NCBI GenBank assembly: GCA_905178155.1
Contig: CAJINV010000010.1
Coordinates: 3,306,587-3,370,586 of the forward strand
Direction: 5' to 3'
Origin: Amoebophrya sp. A120
Lineage: Eukaryota > Protista > Dinoflagellata
DNA length: 64,000 nucleotides
Shown here: positions 60,216-64,000 of the stretch, one piece after another
Numbering within the stretch: position 1 is the first letter of the stretch
How the letters are laid out: every line of letters begins with the position of its first letter
The notes under the pieces: generated by a model
Seen by the model: the letters and a program-made list of their open reading frames with translations, nothing else
Told to the model about the DNA's origin: nothing
Databases searched by the model: none
Made by a program: the position numbers and the translations under genes

Positions 60216-61993
60216 TCACGACGCTGTCGGCAACTCTCCCTCTGCAAACTCAATCGCCGAACCCAAAAAAGGTATCAGCCTGTGCATGCAAGTCTTCCAC
60301 TTCCCGTTTCCGAGGAAGCCAGTGCTGTTCCACCAAGGCTGCGACAAGGTGCGCCCGCAGTTGAAATGCGCTAGACGAAGCACTTTCCCAATCCCTTCTG
60401 TCTCGCACATGCCGGAAAATCCCCCGCACATCTCGTTGTTCCAACTGACGTCGAGCACTTGCAGGCCCTTCGGAAAAATTTCAGTAGGCTTCTCAGCCTC
60501 GTAGCCTTCGCCGGAGTAGACCAGCAGCACCAGGTGGAGCACGAACTGATCCGGAAAAGGTGGCTCCAGGAGGCCAGTTTGTTTGTGGTGGTCCGGCAGT
60601 GAGAGCTTTTTCGCAAGCTGAGCTGCCCCCATCATTGATTCCAACCAAGTCTTCCCCGCCGGCCCCTTCTGCCGCATTTGTCTGAAGTTTTGAACCATCA
60701 CCCCGGTATTAATCTTGTCGCCGAGTTGATGGGTGGGACGCCACGTGCCAAGGACCAGCGACTCATTGTCCCAGGCGCTCAGCAACTCCACGAGGGGCGC
60801 ACTTACCACGACATCGGTGTCAAGGACGACGCAACGCGCGACACTCGGAAAAAGTTCGAACAAGAACAATTTTGTGAAGCCACCAATTCCAGTCTCGTGC
60901 TCGGGGTTTACATGCATGCTTTTGATGTGGTTTTCGATTCCTTCCAGAACTTTGCCTTCGACGAGTACGGTCTCCACTTGCAGACCGTGCAGCGCAGCGG
61001 ACTGACGTACGATCGCATCGAGGTTCTTGTCCGTCACGTATCGAGTGCAAATATCATGTCTGGGTCGGGAAAGAATGCAAGCTTTGTAAAAGTAATGCTA
61101 AACCACCTCCAATTAATGCGTACTGTTGCGGAATTACGTCCTGTTCCGGAATTAACACAGTTTCTCGTTCGTGTTACGCACCACACGACTGTTAAAAAAT
61201 CTGTCATGCTTGCCAGGCTGCGTACTTTAGGCGTGATTTTATCAGTCGTGCATCGGCTTGATAACCTTGCAGACCCAGGCACATTTGCGATTAGTATCGC
61301 GACATGCAACGCAATCGGGGCACTCTGATTTCGCTGCTGTACGCCAAGTGAATAGAGCAGGGCCTGCACCTCCCGCCTTGTTGCTGAGGACTCTTCGCCC
61401 ATCGCAACAATGCACACGTCGGAGGCTGATTCGGGCACGGGCTGGGCGAACGTCGTTTCGGTAGCGTTCCATCTGCCATGCAACGATCCGACGCTACGCC
61501 GCACCTTGCTGATCCGACCGCGACTCGGCAAGCCGAATATGCATTGCCCAAGAGGGGGGTGTTGATGAAAATGCGCGTGCGCGTCAGTGTGTTCGTTGCT
61601 TTCATGGTTTGCGCCATCACATGTTAACATAGCGGAACTTATGTGTCTGTCTACATGTGGCCGCAATCATAGGCCACAAGCCTATCAAATTCAAAAGCAG
61701 AGCCGCGATGGCCTTGGAAAATACTTACATTTCTTCCATTTTGAGCACCCCCCCCTCGGCGACGACATACCAACGCCCTTCGCTCGGTCGGGTTTGTCAG
61801 TCGGCCAGACGTAGCCGTACACATGAAGGTGGGAGGGGGTAGCTCCCCCGCACTGCTTAGAAAATAGAAGCGTAGGCCAGAATGCGTCCCATTGAGTCGC
61901 AACCATGAGCACCCACGGGAACGGCCGCGGCGCCAAGCTGCCTTTCGCCTTCGTCATTTGTGATGGCTTTCGCGAGAAGCCGGGTTTGGACAT
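60216..61993 (-). CDS. GT8 xylosyltransferase-type enzyme (LARGE/XXYLT1/GXYLT-like domain)
   Basis: REVQALLYSL..IALHVVTD, HETGIGGFTKLFLFELFP, VVLDTDVV, INTGVMV, PDQ, SWN and LAHFN. The start at ATG 61993 (exon ending at a GTAAGT donor near 61729) is inferred. Confidence 0.85.
61039..61296. mobile_element. TIR introner in the GT8 catalytic domain
   Basis: GCAAATATCATGTCTGGGTC ... GACCCAGGCACATTTGC. TSD TCACG/TCGCG. Removal of 263 nt restores LHVVTDK. Confidence 0.85.
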
Positions 61994-64000
61994 TTTCTGT
62001 TGTTCCGGTTGAAGGTGTTGAAGATCTACTTTTTCCCGGGACGATCTTGAACAGGTACAGTAAGAAGACAAACTGAAGCCTGCTCCACCCAAATTTTGGA
62101 AAACAAACACAGCAAGCAGGCACGACACGGGCAAGGCAAACTAAAAGAGCCGGGGCGGGGGCTACGGAAAGTGACTTGCTAACTTATAAATAGTACGCGA
62201 GGCCCGACAGGTCGAGTTGGTCTTTGTTCATCGGGGGGGAGGTAGCACAGTAGTAAAAACTGGAGCTGTAGTTGTAGTTGGTACGTAAGCGCATCACGAC
62301 GAATGTTGTATATCGCAGCGTGCTAAAACTTTTTGCTGTTCGTATAGTAGATTAAGTAATAACGGGCATTTGATCTTTTTCGGATACGAAGTACCGAGAA
62401 GTGAGGACGACAGGTTGCAGGACGACATCTGCGAGAAAGGACAGAGACTTCGCTGTTGAACCTAAAGGAACGTAGCTGGACAAAACCGAAAGTCAAACAA
62501 AATCACTGTCTGCAAGATGGGAGTGGCGCACAAGAACGATAGGTTCGCACACTGCATCTCAACATCCAGCTTCTTGTTTTTTCTTTCCTTTGTATAGAAA
62601 ACTGTGTTGAACGAGCACGAGGAATGCACCTTTAGAAACAACGAACGGACGGAAGACCGAAAACGAAAAGAAACAGGACGAGGGAAAACACCACGACCGA
62701 GAACTTCTATAGAGATGTTGAAAGCTACCAGAATGCATTGCGAAAAGATCCTGAGGCTTTACTAAGCGCATGATCTCCATCAATACGATGACCAGATTTG
62801 GCGACGAGACTCGAAACACGATTCTGAATTGCATTTGCAACGAGAAAACAAGCACTTACATACTACCTTTGGCGCTGAGTTGTAGGTTGGCACATATGAA
62901 TGGTCAAAAGAGCTTCATAACGAGAATCAGCGAATGTTCCACTGAGTGAAAAAACCGAACAGCTTTCACAAAAAATATTTTTGCTCTTGAGTACCCGCGG
63001 AGAATCCTCAACAGCACGAGCATCAGCGAGATGACAAAGATCTATAAATTTTGGAGAAAAAGGTCAAACACGCATGTGAAACAGGCTAACGTTTAGACCG
63101 GACATATTTGTAATAGCATCGAGATTCAGTACTTTTCCTTTTCAACAAAAAGATGATTTTTCTTCCAACAGCGATTTGTTCGAGGGTATTTTATGTCGTT
63201 GACTCACTCACCACCGAAGTGGGTGCCTTCGCCTGAGCCGGTGAACAAGAGTGCATTGAAGTCCCAACTTTCTCTTCTTTCAAAGTTGCATTCTTTCTTT
63301 CATCATTCTTTTTTATTTTTCATTTTCTGTTTTTTGTTCTTTCTAAAAGTTCACACTTGTCTTGCGGTTTCTCTTGCTTCCTTCGAATTTGTAATGCGTA
63401 TTTTGTAGCTTGACTTTCGAGAGCTGTTAACTGACGGGTCGAAAAATATATAGTAATATTCTTGCCTACCGTGATATCTTTAAGCGCAAGGTCTACTACA
63501 AAATGGGTCCTGTTTGCATTACAAATTTCAAAGTCATCCAATCTGTCATGCTGGATACAAGGATGGCAAATCTGGGGCATTCGTGTTCTGTTCGCGAAAC
63601 AGGATAAGTCGGGCATATTCGTCCAGGAGAGCATTACAAATTTTAAGGATGTAAAATCTGTCATGCTTGTGGCCGTTCTGCTCGCTTTTGCCAAGGTATC
63701 CTTTCCCATGCAGTTTTCAAACGTTTAGGGCTTTTTGTACACGAACGATTAAGAAAACAAGAGAAGAAAAACATCAACATCGCACACCGTCCTAAGTGCA
63801 ACAGCACACAGGAAGGCAATACGAACAATTTGTATTGTTCCTGTTCGCCCCTCTTTGCATGAACTTGTTCTGATTCTTGAAGCCTACGTTTTTCGACGTT
63901 TATAACTGGGGGCTTTACAACTTCAAGATCAGACCTTGTTTTGCATTTTACAAAAAAACAAAAACAAAATCATGCGCGCCCGGCACCATGGCGAAGAGGT

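Overview
Eukaryotic, intron-rich DNA. One-strand gene packing and inverted-repeat introns suggest an Amoebophrya-like syndinean dinoflagellate (inference from architecture only). Every recognisable gene lies on the minus strand, and all belong to secretory-pathway glycan synthesis. They are: a glycogenin-type GT8, a B3GALNT2-like GT31 fused to a GT-D-fold domain, a GT25-like enzyme, two tandem GT32/DXD genes each followed by a degenerate GT32-like paralog, a GH47 mannosidase split by a 5'-truncated LINE, an SLC35/TPT transporter apparently fused to a LicD domain, a GT61, and a LARGE-type GT8. The ORF track is misleading because 14 terminal-inverted-repeat elements (0.25-1.95 kb, mostly TA(T)-ended) sit inside coding sequence. 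In each one, removing the element plus 5 nt (one target-site copy) restored the reading frame when I translated the junction by hand. Unrelated catalytic domains share a homologous N-terminal leader exon, a positionally conserved motif about 200-315 bp upstream of the ATG, and patchwork upstream modules, suggesting a glycan gene cluster built by swapping catalytic domains behind a reused 5' cassette. The long elements coincide with tracts showing an odd 'copy-the-neighbouring-base' substitution pattern, which is either a real mutational process or an assembly artefact. All family calls come from motif recognition by eye; no database search was run.
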